Below are positions 26,024-36,138 of a stretch of DNA of 64,000 bases, piece after piece. The first letter of the stretch is position 1. Each line of letters opens with the position of its first letter. Position numbers and translations under genes: made by a program. A model generated the notes under the pieces. It was given only the letters and a program-made list of their open reading frames with translations, did not search any database and was not told the origin of the DNA. The DNA is from Candidatus Magasanikiibacteriota bacterium (GTDB lineage Bacteria > Patescibacteriota > Patescibacteriia > Magasanikbacterales > GWA2-37-8), in contig JACPGS010000027.1 of the NCBI GenBank assembly GCA_016189025.1, forward strand, positions 22,506-86,505, read 5' to 3'.

Positions 26024-29002
26024 TTAGACGCGGAATTCGCAGATATCCCGGAAGGGACAGCGCTCGCAAACAAATTTGCCGGGGGTAGCGGTAAAATCTT
26101 TGGCCTGAATCCGGTTAATCGTGTTAATCAGTTTGTCCTGAAGTTCCTGCAATTCAACCGCGTCGCCGAGAAATGAAGTGCGCTGGTTATCATCTAGATA
26201 ATAGAAAGTCAGTTTGCCCGGCCGGCCTAACGGCTGGTATTCCGGCAGCTGCGCTACCGCCAGCTGGTAGATTAGCAGCTGTTCTTTGTCAGCGGCGTCC
26301 AGGGTTGCTTTAGGCGTTCCGGTTTTGTAATCAATAATTTCCAGGGTGCCGTCGGGTTGGCGATCAATCCGGTCAATTCTTCCCTGGATCAGATACTCCC
26401 CTACTCTGATTTTAAACCAGCTTTCCAGGTAAGCCGGCACGATCCAGTGGCCAGCGGAGGCCACGTAAAAAATTTTTAAGATGGCTTTCCCCTTTTTATA
26501 ATATTCCTCCCGCTGGTACGGGCTGTCATACCAGTCAGGAATCCAGCTCTGCTCGTATAATGCCAATAATTCTTCTAAAGAGGGTGCCTTAGGGCCGGGA
26601 GTGGTTTCCGGTTGACTTGCCGGTAGGAGGTGAGCCGGATAATTAAACAGCGAAGTTTGCTGGACATTATTAAGGGCCTGGATTTTTTTATAGAAAGCAA
26701 ACAGGGTATTATGAATAGTCTGGCCGAAACTAAAGCTGGCATTACCCTTCACCGGCAGGTTTAGAATATGAGCCAGTTTGTATTGATAAGGACAAGTGGC
26801 GTAAGAGCGCAACTGGGAAAAAGAAAAGACCCGGGGCAGAGTAAAAATAAATTCGCCCGGCGGGGTGACGGCGACGGTGGTTGGGGGCGGGGGCGGTAGC
26901 GATGATTTTTGAATAACTGGCGGAGTAACTCCGGAAGAATATCCTAATTCAGCCAGGAATCGGCTGATTTTTTTGGCGCGGATTCCTCCGTAATTACCGG
27001 CGCTGGTAAAATACACCCGCTCCTTGGCGCGCGTGATTGCCACATAGAATAAACGCCGTTCTTCTTCCTGGTGGCTGTCCCCCTCCGGCAGCTGTTCTTT
27101 AATTAAAGCAAGCGGGATCTCAATTCCGTCTCCGCGGTAACGAGTAGGAAAGCGATCTTCCACCAGATTGACAATGAAGACGTATTTGAATTCCAGACCT
27201 TTGGCCGCGTGGACCGTTAAGATATTCACCGAATCAGGCGTTTCGGCCGGCTGCCACCCCCCACCCCGATCTCCGGCGGTTAACACCAGATTAAAAGACT
27301 CCAGCCAGTCAGCTACTCGGGCGCCGGGGTTCAAAGTCTCCCACTCCGCCAGCTCATCAAAGAATTCTTTCAGATAATAAATTTGACGGATCGCTTCTCG
27401 GTTCCCCTCTCCTTCCTCGTGAGTTAAATAACTCAAATAGCCGATGGTGGCTAAAAAATTATAGAGAATCACCGAAGGTTTTTCTTGCCGTTGTCTGCTA
27501 GCTCCGGCCTGAATAATTGCCATCAGCCGGGCACCGGTATTTTGTCCGGCGGGAGAGAGATTTAATTCCGGCGCCCGCTGCAGCGCTTCGTAGTAAGAAA
27601 TTGATTTTTTTTTGGCGAACAGGGTTAATTTTTGCAAATCGGGTTCCGGAAATGCCAGGAACGGCAGGCACAGCAGGCGGAATACCGCCGGCGATTCGTG
27701 GTAGTTATCCAGCAGTCGGAAATAATTAAGGGCGTCAATCATCACCGGCTGGCGATAGAGGCCGCCCGCCGCCAGATATTCATAAGGGATGCGCCGGGCC
27801 TCCAGGGCATTGATAAAGGGATCGGCGTGATTATTAGCACGCACGAGAATGGCAAAATCATCCCACGCCGCTTCCGGGTCAGCTTCCTTGAGTTTTATTA
27901 TTTCCTTAATTACCAGTTCAGTTTCGGCGGCGAGCGTGGGGGCGGCCAGGTGCGTCAGGCAAACCCCCCGAGTGGCCGGGTGTCGGGCAGCTGATTTTAG
28001 CTGTTTAGTAATGCCTAATTTTATTTCCAGCCGATCCGGGTTATTATTTTGGATTAAGGTATAGGCCGCGTCCAGAATAGGCTGGCAAGAGCGATAATTT
28101 TCGTTTAAGACGATTTCTTTAGCCGACGGATAATCGTTTTTGAAGTGCAGAATATTGGAAACGCTGGCCCCTCGGAAAGCGTAAATGGATTGGTCGTCGT
28201 CGCCGACCACGGTAAGCTGGGGAGCGGGGGCGGGTGCGGCCCCAGTCAGTAATTGTACCAGGCGATACTGGGCCCAGTTGACATCCTGGAATTCATCTAC
28301 CAGGATATATTTGAATTGTTGCTGCCAGGTTTGCAAAATCGCCGGCCGTTCGGTAAATAATTTTACGGCGTAATAAATTAAATCGCCAAAATCCAGCCGG
28401 GCATTGTCTAGCAGCAGTTGATTGTAGATATGGTAGGCGTTGGCAATCTCGGTGAGGCGATTCCTCTCTTCCACGTTCATATCGCCCTGATTTTTGGTGG
28501 AGGCTTCGGCGTATTCCAGATATTCCCGGGGTGAAATTAATTCGTCTTTGCATTTAGAAAAATGTTTCAGCAGTTCCCGCAAATGCCGCGTGGGGTGACC
28601 CAGCGGGCGGTAGTAATCCAGCTTTAATTTGGTTAAATTTTTATGCAGTAGAATCCAGGCCGCGGTTTCGGTAAGCAATTGAAATTGGTTGCTTAAACCG
28701 ATATCCAGGGCATGGCGCTCCAGAATATTCTGGCCGAAAGCATGGAAAGTGGAGATGGTGAGCGCCGTATAGCCGGTATTAATCAGGCGGTCTACCCGTT
28801 CCTGCATTTCCGCGGCGGCTTTGTCGGTAAAGGTCAGGGCCAGAATTTCCTCCGGTTGGGCAAGTTTCCGTTCCAGCAGGTAGCAGATTTTACTGGTAAT
28901 TACGGTAGTTTTACCGGTGCCGGCCCCGGCGACAATCAGCAAGGGACCAGCCGTATATTCCACCGCCTCCCGTTGCGCTGGATTGAGATTGGTAAAAGAC
29001 AT
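26024..29002 (-). CDS. UvrD/PcrA-family helicase fused to a C-terminal Cas4/RecB-like Fe-S PD-(D/E)XK nuclease (AddA-like)
   Basis: N-terminal GAGTGKT Walker A and UvrD motifs. The C-terminus shows IQGRIDRIDRQPDGTLEIIDYKTG and CERCPFRDIC. The likely ATG is at 29002; the track uses GTG at 29011. Confidence 0.8.
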   Translation of the reverse strand: MSFTNLNPAQREAVEYTAGPLLIVAGAGTGKTTVITSKICYLLERKLAQPEEILALTFTDKAAAEMQERVDRLINTGYTALTISTFHAFGQNILERHALDIGLSNQFQLLTETAAWILLHKNLTKLKLDYYRPLGHPTRHLRELLKHFSKCKDELISPREYLEYAEASTKNQGDMNVEERNRLTEIANAYHIYNQLLLDNARLDFGDLIYYAVKLFTERPAILQTWQQQFKYILVDEFQDVNWAQYRLVQLLTGAAPAPAPQLTVVGDDDQSIYAFRGASVSNILHFKNDYPSAKEIVLNENYRSCQPILDAAYTLIQNNNPDRLEIKLGITKQLKSAARHPATRGVCLTHLAAPTLAAETELVIKEIIKLKEADPEAAWDDFAILVRANNHADPFINALEARRIPYEYLAAGGLYRQPVMIDALNYFRLLDNYHESPAVFRLLCLPFLAFPEPDLQKLTLFAKKKSISYYEALQRAPELNLSPAGQNTGARLMAIIQAGASRQRQEKPSVILYNFLATIGYLSYLTHEEGEGNREAIRQIYYLKEFFDELAEWETLNPGARVADWLESFNLVLTAGDRGGGWQPAETPDSVNILTVHAAKGLEFKYVFIVNLVEDRFPTRYRGDGIEIPLALIKEQLPEGDSHQEEERRLFYVAITRAKERVYFTSAGNYGGIRAKKISRFLAELGYSSGVTPPVIQKSSLPPPPPTTVAVTPPGEFIFTLPRVFSFSQLRSYATCPYQYKLAHILNLPVKGNASFSFGQTIHNTLFAFYKKIQALNNVQQTSLFNYPAHLLPASQPETTPGPKAPSLEELLALYEQSWIPDWYDSPYQREEYYKKGKAILKIFYVASAGHWIVPAYLESWFKIRVGEYLIQGRIDRIDRQPDGTLEIIDYKTGTPKATLDAADKEQLLIYQLAVAQLPEYQPLGRPGKLTFYYLDDNQRTSFLGDAVELQELQDKLINTINRIQAKDFTATPGKFVCERCPFRDICEFRV

Positions 29003-29003
29003 A

Positions 29004-29025
29004 AAAAGCACCTAGAGTGGTGCTG
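29004..29025 (-). terminator. Terminator of the atp operon (AGCACC-tagagt-GGTGCT plus a T run on the minus strand)
   Basis: Hairpin immediately 3' of atpC on the minus strand. Confidence 0.55.
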
Positions 29026-29055
29026 GTAGTATAGCGAACCAGGAGATTTTGTAAA

Positions 29056-29484
29056 TCAGCCGATGTTATGGATTTTAATTTTCTTATATTTTTGCCCCAC
29101 CCGCAGGCGGGCTAATTCTTTTTCCAACTTCGACGCCAGCGCAGTGTAGTCTACGTCATCACGATGTCGCGCTTCGGACATGAGTTTTTCGGCGCGGGCT
29201 TTGGCCTCTTCGGCGCGGGTAAGGTCAATGGCGGCGGCGTGTTCGGCGGTGTCGGCGAGAATTACTACCGAGCCGTCCGGCCTGACTTCCGCAAATCCGC
29301 CGGAAACGGCCAGAGTTTGTTCCTGACTATCTTTAATATAACGTAATTCTCCGGGCTTAAGCAGAGTAACCAAAGGAACATGATGGGGAAGAACCGTAAT
29401 TTCCCCTTCTACGGTAGGCAGGCTGACTTGTTTAATTTCTTCAGAAAATACCGGACGTTCCGGGGTGATGATTTGGAATTTCAT
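29056..29484 (-). CDS. atpC: ATP synthase F1 epsilon subunit
   Basis: 142 aa with a beta-sandwich plus helical hairpin pattern, last gene of the atp operon. Confidence 0.85.
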   Translation of the reverse strand: MKFQIITPERPVFSEEIKQVSLPTVEGEITVLPHHVPLVTLLKPGELRYIKDSQEQTLAVSGGFAEVRPDGSVVILADTAEHAAAIDLTRAEEAKARAEKLMSEARHRDDVDYTALASKLEKELARLRVGQKYKKIKIHNIG

Positions 29485-29499
29485 AAATGACAGATCAGG

Positions 29500-30882
<1,383 letters not shown>

Positions 30883-30902
30883 TTAGTTATTGATTGGTTA
30901 GT

Positions 30903-30943
30903 GTGTCATTGCGAGGAGCCTCGCGGCGACGAAGCAATGACAC
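30903..30943. repeat. Nested palindrome GTGTCATTGCGAGGAGCCTCGCGGCGACGAAGCAATGACAC, a small palindromic repeat of the REP kind (repetitive extragenic palindrome), in the atpG-atpD spacer
   Basis: 10-bp outer stem GTGTCATTGC/GCAATGACAC with an inner CGAGG/CCTCG stem. It is related to the GTCATTCCGAGCG copies at 31630, 40091 and 46447. Confidence 0.6.
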
Positions 30944-30945
30944 CG

Positions 30946-32079
30946 TTATTCAAGTGCCGCCGCCCCTCCCACAATCTCCGCTATCTCCCGCGTAATCGCT
31001 CCTTGCCGCGCTTTATTAAACGAATAATTCAGCTCTTTAATTATATCTTCGGCCGCGTCGCTGGCGTTCCTCATTGCCATCATGCGGGCGCTGTGTTCGG
31101 AGGCGTCGGATTCTAGAATTGTTTGGTAGACTTGGGTTTCTACCAGGCGAGGCAGTAGCACATTCAAAACTTCTTTAGCGCCGGGTTCAAAGAGGAAGAT
31201 GTTTTGGTCGAGCGAGACCTCTCCCTGCCCTCTTCCTTCACTTTGTTCAGGACAGGCTCTTTGCGATGGAGAGGGTTCGATTTCTTCCGCTCCTTCTTGC
31301 CACCCAGGGGTCGGTTCTTCCGTTTCCCACAGTTCCTGCATTAAATGATGCCAGCCGCCGGCCAGATCCATTTCGGTAAGGGGCAAAATTTGTTTAACGC
31401 GCGGGATTTGTTGAACTGCCGAAACAAAGTCGGTGTAGGCGACGACTATTTTATCGTAAACGCCGTTGGTGTAATCAAGAATCGCCTGCTGGACTAAAGG
31501 CATTATTTCTTCAATTTTAGTTGTTAAGTCTTCTTTAGGATATTCGGCCGCGATGCGGTGGCCAAAGCGCTGGTATAATTTTTTGCCTTTTTTGCCGGTG
31601 AGGATTATTTGGACTTCGACGCTCCGTTTGTCATTCCGAGCGGAGTCCGCCGCAGTGGACGGAGTCGAGGAATCGCTTGAACTTTGTGACTCAACGGTCA
31701 AGGGATTCCTCCGCTCGCTGTGACGCTCGGTCGGAATGACAGTGGTGGTGACACCCTCTGCTTCAACAATATACTTATGCGCCTCTTGCAAAAGCCGGCT
31801 GTTAAACCCGCCCGCCAGACCGCGGTTGCTGGTGATATAGATCATGCCGATGGTTTTTACCGGCCGCTGATGCAACAGCGGATGCAGGCGGATATCCGTG
31901 CGCTTGGCAATATCCTGCAGCATCTCCCACGCCAAATTGGCGTAGCTCCTGGTACCCAAAACATTCCCCACCGCCCGGCGCATTTTCACGGCAGAAATCA
32001 TCTCCATCGCTTTTGTTATTTTTTTGGTGTTGCCAATGGATTTGATGCGGCGTTTGATTGTTTTGGTTGAGAGGGCCAT
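30946..32079 (-). CDS. atpG: ATP synthase F1 gamma subunit, unusually long (377 aa) because of in-frame insertions
   Basis: Conserved N-terminal (MALSTKTIKRRIKSI) and C-terminal (ITREIAEIVGGAAALE) gamma helices. Internal inserts PTERHSERRNPLTVESQSSSDSSTPSTAADSARND and EEPTPGWQEGAEEIEPSPSQRACPEQSEGRGQGE are absent from typical ~290-aa gamma subunits. Confidence 0.85.
   Translation of the reverse strand: MALSTKTIKRRIKSIGNTKKITKAMEMISAVKMRRAVGNVLGTRSYANLAWEMLQDIAKRTDIRLHPLLHQRPVKTIGMIYITSNRGLAGGFNSRLLQEAHKYIVEAEGVTTTVIPTERHSERRNPLTVESQSSSDSSTPSTAADSARNDKRSVEVQIILTGKKGKKLYQRFGHRIAAEYPKEDLTTKIEEIMPLVQQAILDYTNGVYDKIVVAYTDFVSAVQQIPRVKQILPLTEMDLAGGWHHLMQELWETEEPTPGWQEGAEEIEPSPSQRACPEQSEGRGQGEVSLDQNIFLFEPGAKEVLNVLLPRLVETQVYQTILESDASEHSARMMAMRNASDAAEDIIKELNYSFNKARQGAITREIAEIVGGAAALE
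31630..31740. repeat. 111-bp nested palindromic element inside the atpG coding sequence (GTCATTCCGAGCG...CGCTCGGTCGGAATGAC)
   Basis: Outer arms at 31630-31642 and 31724-31740, with inner arms GAGGAATCGC / GGGATTCCTC. The length is 37 codons, in frame. Confidence 0.65.
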
Positions 32080-32121
32080 ATTTTCCTTAACACACTTTTC
32101 AACTAACTTTTATAGTTCCAT

Positions 32122-32472
32122 TTATGATAAATCTATAATTTTCTTAGCGCTTTTTCGTATCTCCTCCATTTTTTCTGTTACTTTTATGCCTAAAGTTTCC
32201 AATTTTTGCCTCAATCCAGTAAAAACTGAAGAGGGAATCATCTCTTCATTCCTTAATAAAAGTTCGACAAGCTTCTCCGCATTCGCTGCAAAAATATTGA
32301 GTTGTTTCAGTCGTTTAATTAGTACAGCCGCCAATAACTCTCTGGATAAATCTACGGGAGTGGTTCCAATTTCAGTTAAGTAGGCACCAACAGCTTTATT
32401 AAAAGCTTCGATCGACGCTCTAAAAGTAGGAATGTCAAAAACTTCAATTTTTCCTCCTTCAGTCTCGTCCAT
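32122..32472 (-). CDS. Hypothetical protein (116 aa) encoded by an AT-rich insert between atpA and atpG
   Basis: Clean ORF with no recognisable family. Its base composition is visibly AT-rich compared with the flanking atp genes. Confidence 0.45.
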   Translation of the reverse strand: MDETEGGKIEVFDIPTFRASIEAFNKAVGAYLTEIGTTPVDLSRELLAAVLIKRLKQLNIFAANAEKLVELLLRNEEMIPSSVFTGLRQKLETLGIKVTEKMEEIRKSAKKIIDLS

Positions 32473-32482
32473 ACATTTAAAA

Positions 32483-33967
32483 TTACCTAAACTCCCCTAT
32501 CGCCTCTTTCAAATCCTTCTCTATCTTCTCATCCCACCCCCCCTTAGCAATCTTATCAAGGAGTGGACGTTTACTTTTATCCAGGAACGTATGGAATTTT
32601 TCTTCCCATTCCTTCATATTTTTCACCTCAACATCATTCGCAAATCCGTTTGACACCGCGTAGATAATTGCTACTTGATGTTCCACCGGCATTGGCGCGT
32701 ATTGCGGCTGTTTTAGGATTTCGGTGAGGCGCGCGCCGAGGTCAATTTGTTTTTTGGTTTCGGGGTCTAAATCGCTCGCGAATTGGGCAAAGGCTTCCAG
32801 CTCGCGGAATTGGGCCAGCGAGAGCTTCATTTTGCCGGCTACCTTCTTCATCGGTTTAATCTGGGCATCGCCGCCGACGCGCGAAACGGAAATACCGACG
32901 TTCATGGCCGGCCGGATGCCGCGGTAAAATAAATCGCTTTCCAAAAAAATCTGACCGTCGGTAATGGAAATAACGTTTGTCGGAATGTAGGCGGTTACGT
33001 CGCCGGCTTGGGTTTCAATAATCGGCAAAGCGGTAATGGAACCGCCGCCGTGTTCCTGGTTGCGGCGCGCGGCGCGCTCCAACAGACGGGAGTGGAGATA
33101 GAAGACATCACCCGGGTACGCTTCGCGGCCCGGCGGACGGCGGAGCAGGAGCGAAACTTCGCGATACGCCACGGCTTGTTTAGAGAGGTCATCGTATACT
33201 ACCAGCACATCCTTGCCAGCATCCATAAAATACTCGGCCATGGCAACGCCGGCGTACGGCGCGAAATATTGCAAGGCGGCGGATTCCGAAGCGCCCGCAC
33301 TCACGACGATGGTATAATCCATGGCGCCGGTGGCTTTTAGTTTGGCAACAATACGAGCCACTTTAGCTTCTTTTTGGCCAACGGCCACATACACACAGAT
33401 CATGTCCTGCCCTTTTTGGTTAATGATGGTGTCAATCGCCACCGCGGTTTTACCGGTCTGCCGGTCGCCGATAATCAGCTCGCGCTGGCCGCGGCCGATC
33501 GGTATCATCGCATCAATCGCTTTAATACCAGTCTGCACCGGCTGGCTCACCCGTTCGCGCGTCATTACGCCCGGCGCGATTTTTTCAATCGGGTAGAATT
33601 TCTTGCTGGTGATAGCCGCGCCGCCATCAATCGGTGCGCCGAGCGGGTTAACCACGCGGCCGATCAGCGCTTCGCCGACCGGCACCGACAAAATGCGCCC
33701 GGTGCGCTTTACCGTGTCCCCTTCTTTAATATGCTTAAATTCACCCAAGATAACTGCGCCGACAGTTTCCTCCTCCAGGTTCAGGGCAACGCCAAAAGTG
33801 TTTTGCGGAAATTCAAGCATTTCACTGGCTTGGCATTTTGATAATCCGCCGACGCGCGCAATGCCGTCACCGACTTCGGTAACGGCGCCGACCTCTTCTA
33901 CCTCGACTTGCTTTTCAAAGGAGGCGATGTTCTTTTTGAGTTCTTCGACGATTTGGTTGATAGACAT
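32483..33967 (-). CDS. atpA: ATP synthase F1 alpha subunit
   Basis: GDRQTGKT P-loop and typical length. Confidence 0.95.
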   Translation of the reverse strand: MSINQIVEELKKNIASFEKQVEVEEVGAVTEVGDGIARVGGLSKCQASEMLEFPQNTFGVALNLEEETVGAVILGEFKHIKEGDTVKRTGRILSVPVGEALIGRVVNPLGAPIDGGAAITSKKFYPIEKIAPGVMTRERVSQPVQTGIKAIDAMIPIGRGQRELIIGDRQTGKTAVAIDTIINQKGQDMICVYVAVGQKEAKVARIVAKLKATGAMDYTIVVSAGASESAALQYFAPYAGVAMAEYFMDAGKDVLVVYDDLSKQAVAYREVSLLLRRPPGREAYPGDVFYLHSRLLERAARRNQEHGGGSITALPIIETQAGDVTAYIPTNVISITDGQIFLESDLFYRGIRPAMNVGISVSRVGGDAQIKPMKKVAGKMKLSLAQFRELEAFAQFASDLDPETKKQIDLGARLTEILKQPQYAPMPVEHQVAIIYAVSNGFANDVEVKNMKEWEEKFHTFLDKSKRPLLDKIAKGGWDEKIEKDLKEAIGEFR

Positions 33968-33973
33968 AGCGGC

Positions 33974-34360
33974 TTAAATTAGGCTTTGTTTTAGTCTTAC
34001 TAATTGTGTTTTTAAACTCGCGTCAAAAATTTTATCTTCGGTCCGCACCACAAACCCGCCCAGCAAACCGGCATCCACTTTTTCCGTTGACTCTGCTTTA
34101 TCCGCGAACGCTTTTTTTATTTTATTCAAGGTTGCCTCGGGCAGTTCCCGCGCCGAGGTGATGGTCATTTCCTCTATCCCCTCTTGTCGCTTGGCATACT
34201 TCACAAAGTCCGCGATAATGCGGTCGGTTTTTTTCAATAATTGCTGGCGCGCTAATAGTTCGGCAAAATTTTGAATAATCTGGTGCAAATCCTTGCCGGA
34301 TAAATTTTCGGTAGCTTGATAAAGAGCCTTGGCGTAGTCGGAAATACTTGATTTGCTCAT
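33974..34360 (-). CDS. atpH: ATP synthase delta (OSCP) subunit, short form (128 aa)
   Basis: N-terminal YAKALYQ and C-terminal LLGGFVVRTEDKIFDASLKTQL delta signatures. It is shorter than typical delta subunits. Confidence 0.7.
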   Translation of the reverse strand: MSKSSISDYAKALYQATENLSGKDLHQIIQNFAELLARQQLLKKTDRIIADFVKYAKRQEGIEEMTITSARELPEATLNKIKKAFADKAESTEKVDAGLLGGFVVRTEDKIFDASLKTQLVRLKQSLI

Positions 34361-34376
34361 ATTCTAAATACCCGAC

Positions 34377-34952
34377 TTAGATTTTTAATTTTAAACCGGC
34401 AACCATTTCTTCAACCAGCTCCTTATCTTTCTTGCTGTCAACTTTCTCGGTAAGAATTTTTTCCACCGCGGCCACCACTAAATTAGCGGCCTCGGTTTTA
34501 ATGTCCGCCATCATTTCGGCGCGTTCAATTTTGATGTTGCGCTTGGCCTGGTCTACCAGCAGCCCGATTTCTTTTTTGGCTTTTTCTTTCAGCTGGGCGC
34601 TTAGTTGGTCCGCTTCCGTAGTTGTTTTTTCTAAAATTTTGTTGGCGGCAACCTTGGCCTGGTCAATGCGTTCCTGATATTTTTGTTCGCTGCGCTGCAG
34701 ATTGGTCTCCACTTTTTTAGCGTTAGTCAAACTCTCGTCAATTAATTTTTGCCGTTCCGCCATTTTTTTAGTGAGCGGTTTAAGGATTAGCCGCCAGATA
34801 ATCGCCGCCACGATGGCAAAATTAATCAGTTGAAAAACCAGCGACTGGGCATTGATGCCTAAAGAAGCAAAAACGCCGGAATCGGCAGGCGCTTCGCTTG
34901 CGCGGGGAACTAATTCTTGTGGACTAGCGTAGGCAGTGGGTGTGAATAACAT
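34377..34952 (-). CDS. atpF: ATP synthase F0 b subunit
   Basis: Single N-terminal TM helix followed by a long charged helix. Confidence 0.8.
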   Translation of the reverse strand: MLFTPTAYASPQELVPRASEAPADSGVFASLGINAQSLVFQLINFAIVAAIIWRLILKPLTKKMAERQKLIDESLTNAKKVETNLQRSEQKYQERIDQAKVAANKILEKTTTEADQLSAQLKEKAKKEIGLLVDQAKRNIKIERAEMMADIKTEAANLVVAAVEKILTEKVDSKKDKELVEEMVAGLKLKI

Positions 34953-35019
34953 AAACTAATCGTGCGAACAGTAAATAACTCAATCCCGTTAGGCCTCTCG
35001 CGAGACCTGACGGGGTGAA

Positions 35020-35241
35020 TTACTTTAACGTGAATACCACCACCAGCGCGTAAATGGCGATGGCTTCCGCAAACGCGGCGCCGAGCAGCATCGGCACGAA
35101 CAGTTTGCCGGCCGATTCCGGATTGCGGCCGATGGATTCCATGGCTTTGGAAACCAGCCGACCAATGGCGAGGGCCGGGAAAAATCCCCCGATCGCCATC
35201 GTCAGGCCCTTGGCGAGCACGACAATGGATGCGTGTTCCAT
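35020..35241 (-). CDS. atpE: ATP synthase F0 c subunit
   Basis: 73-aa helical hairpin with a conserved acidic residue in the LGAAFAEAIAIY helix. Confidence 0.85.
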   Translation of the reverse strand: MEHASIVVLAKGLTMAIGGFFPALAIGRLVSKAMESIGRNPESAGKLFVPMLLGAAFAEAIAIYALVVVFTLK

Positions 35242-35351
35242 AATGTTTTGACCTTTATGATACCAGAGCCTGCTCCGGCAGGCCTTTACTCCCGCTTAAG
35301 TCGGGATTTGCCTGTCTCGGGCGGATGGCATCGTTAATTAATGACAAATAC

Positions 35352-36134
35352 CTAGTGTTCCGCGCCGTGCGGTTTGGCGCTGGCCACTGTCAGATACACC
35401 AGCGTTAGCATGGTGAACACCCCCGCCTGAATTAGCCCGACCAGCAGTTCTAACATCATAAACGGCACCGGAATTAATCCGGCCACCAAGGCGCTGATTA
35501 CGGAAATCAGCACCTCGCCGGCAAAAATATTGCCGAATAACCGAAGTGAGAGCGACAATACTTTGGCAAACTCGCTGATAATTTCTATTAGGCCGACGAC
35601 AAACTCGATGACAGCTTGAAAAATGGCAACGGGGCCTTTAGCGAAACTTTTAATTAAACTGCCGATCTGGATAAATTTATTCAGGTGGGTAAAAATGCCG
35701 ACCGTAATAAAACCAAAAATGTGCGAAGCCACTACCGAGACCAGCGCCATCGCCACCGTCAGATTCAGGTCGGTATTAGCCGGGCGCAGCAGCGGTTCTT
35801 GGTTCCAGGTCAGGCTGCCGGTGCCCGGGAGCAGCCCCAGCCAATTGGAGAGCAGAATAAAGAAAAATACCGAGCCGACAATCGGCAAGAAGCGCCGGGT
35901 AGTTTTCCGGTCTCCGGTTACCTGGTCAAAGTATCCTAGGAGCAATTCCAAAATATATTCCCAAAAATTTTGTAATTTCCCCGGGCGCAGCGTTACCCGG
36001 CGCCGTACCAGCAAGCCGATAATTAAAAAAATAATAATCGCCAGCCAGGAGTTAATGATAGTATTGGTAACGGTAATGCCACCGAGGGAGAATACCGGTT
36101 CGGCGGCCAGGGTCGGAATATGAATTTCTGCCAT
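35352..36134 (-). CDS. atpB: ATP synthase F0 a subunit
   Basis: Polytopic membrane protein with a conserved Arg in the LSLSLRLFGNIFAGE helix. Confidence 0.85.
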   Translation of the reverse strand: MAEIHIPTLAAEPVFSLGGITVTNTIINSWLAIIIFLIIGLLVRRRVTLRPGKLQNFWEYILELLLGYFDQVTGDRKTTRRFLPIVGSVFFFILLSNWLGLLPGTGSLTWNQEPLLRPANTDLNLTVAMALVSVVASHIFGFITVGIFTHLNKFIQIGSLIKSFAKGPVAIFQAVIEFVVGLIEIISEFAKVLSLSLRLFGNIFAGEVLISVISALVAGLIPVPFMMLELLVGLIQAGVFTMLTLVYLTVASAKPHGAEH

Positions 36135-36138
36135 ACAG

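Noticed and set aside
25770-26069. Alternative 99-aa ORF overlapping ORF 25706..26020
   Set aside because: It would overlap the 3' end of the helicase gene by 45 nt. The other frame starts 4 nt after the helicase stop. Both are weak, and only one was kept at low confidence.
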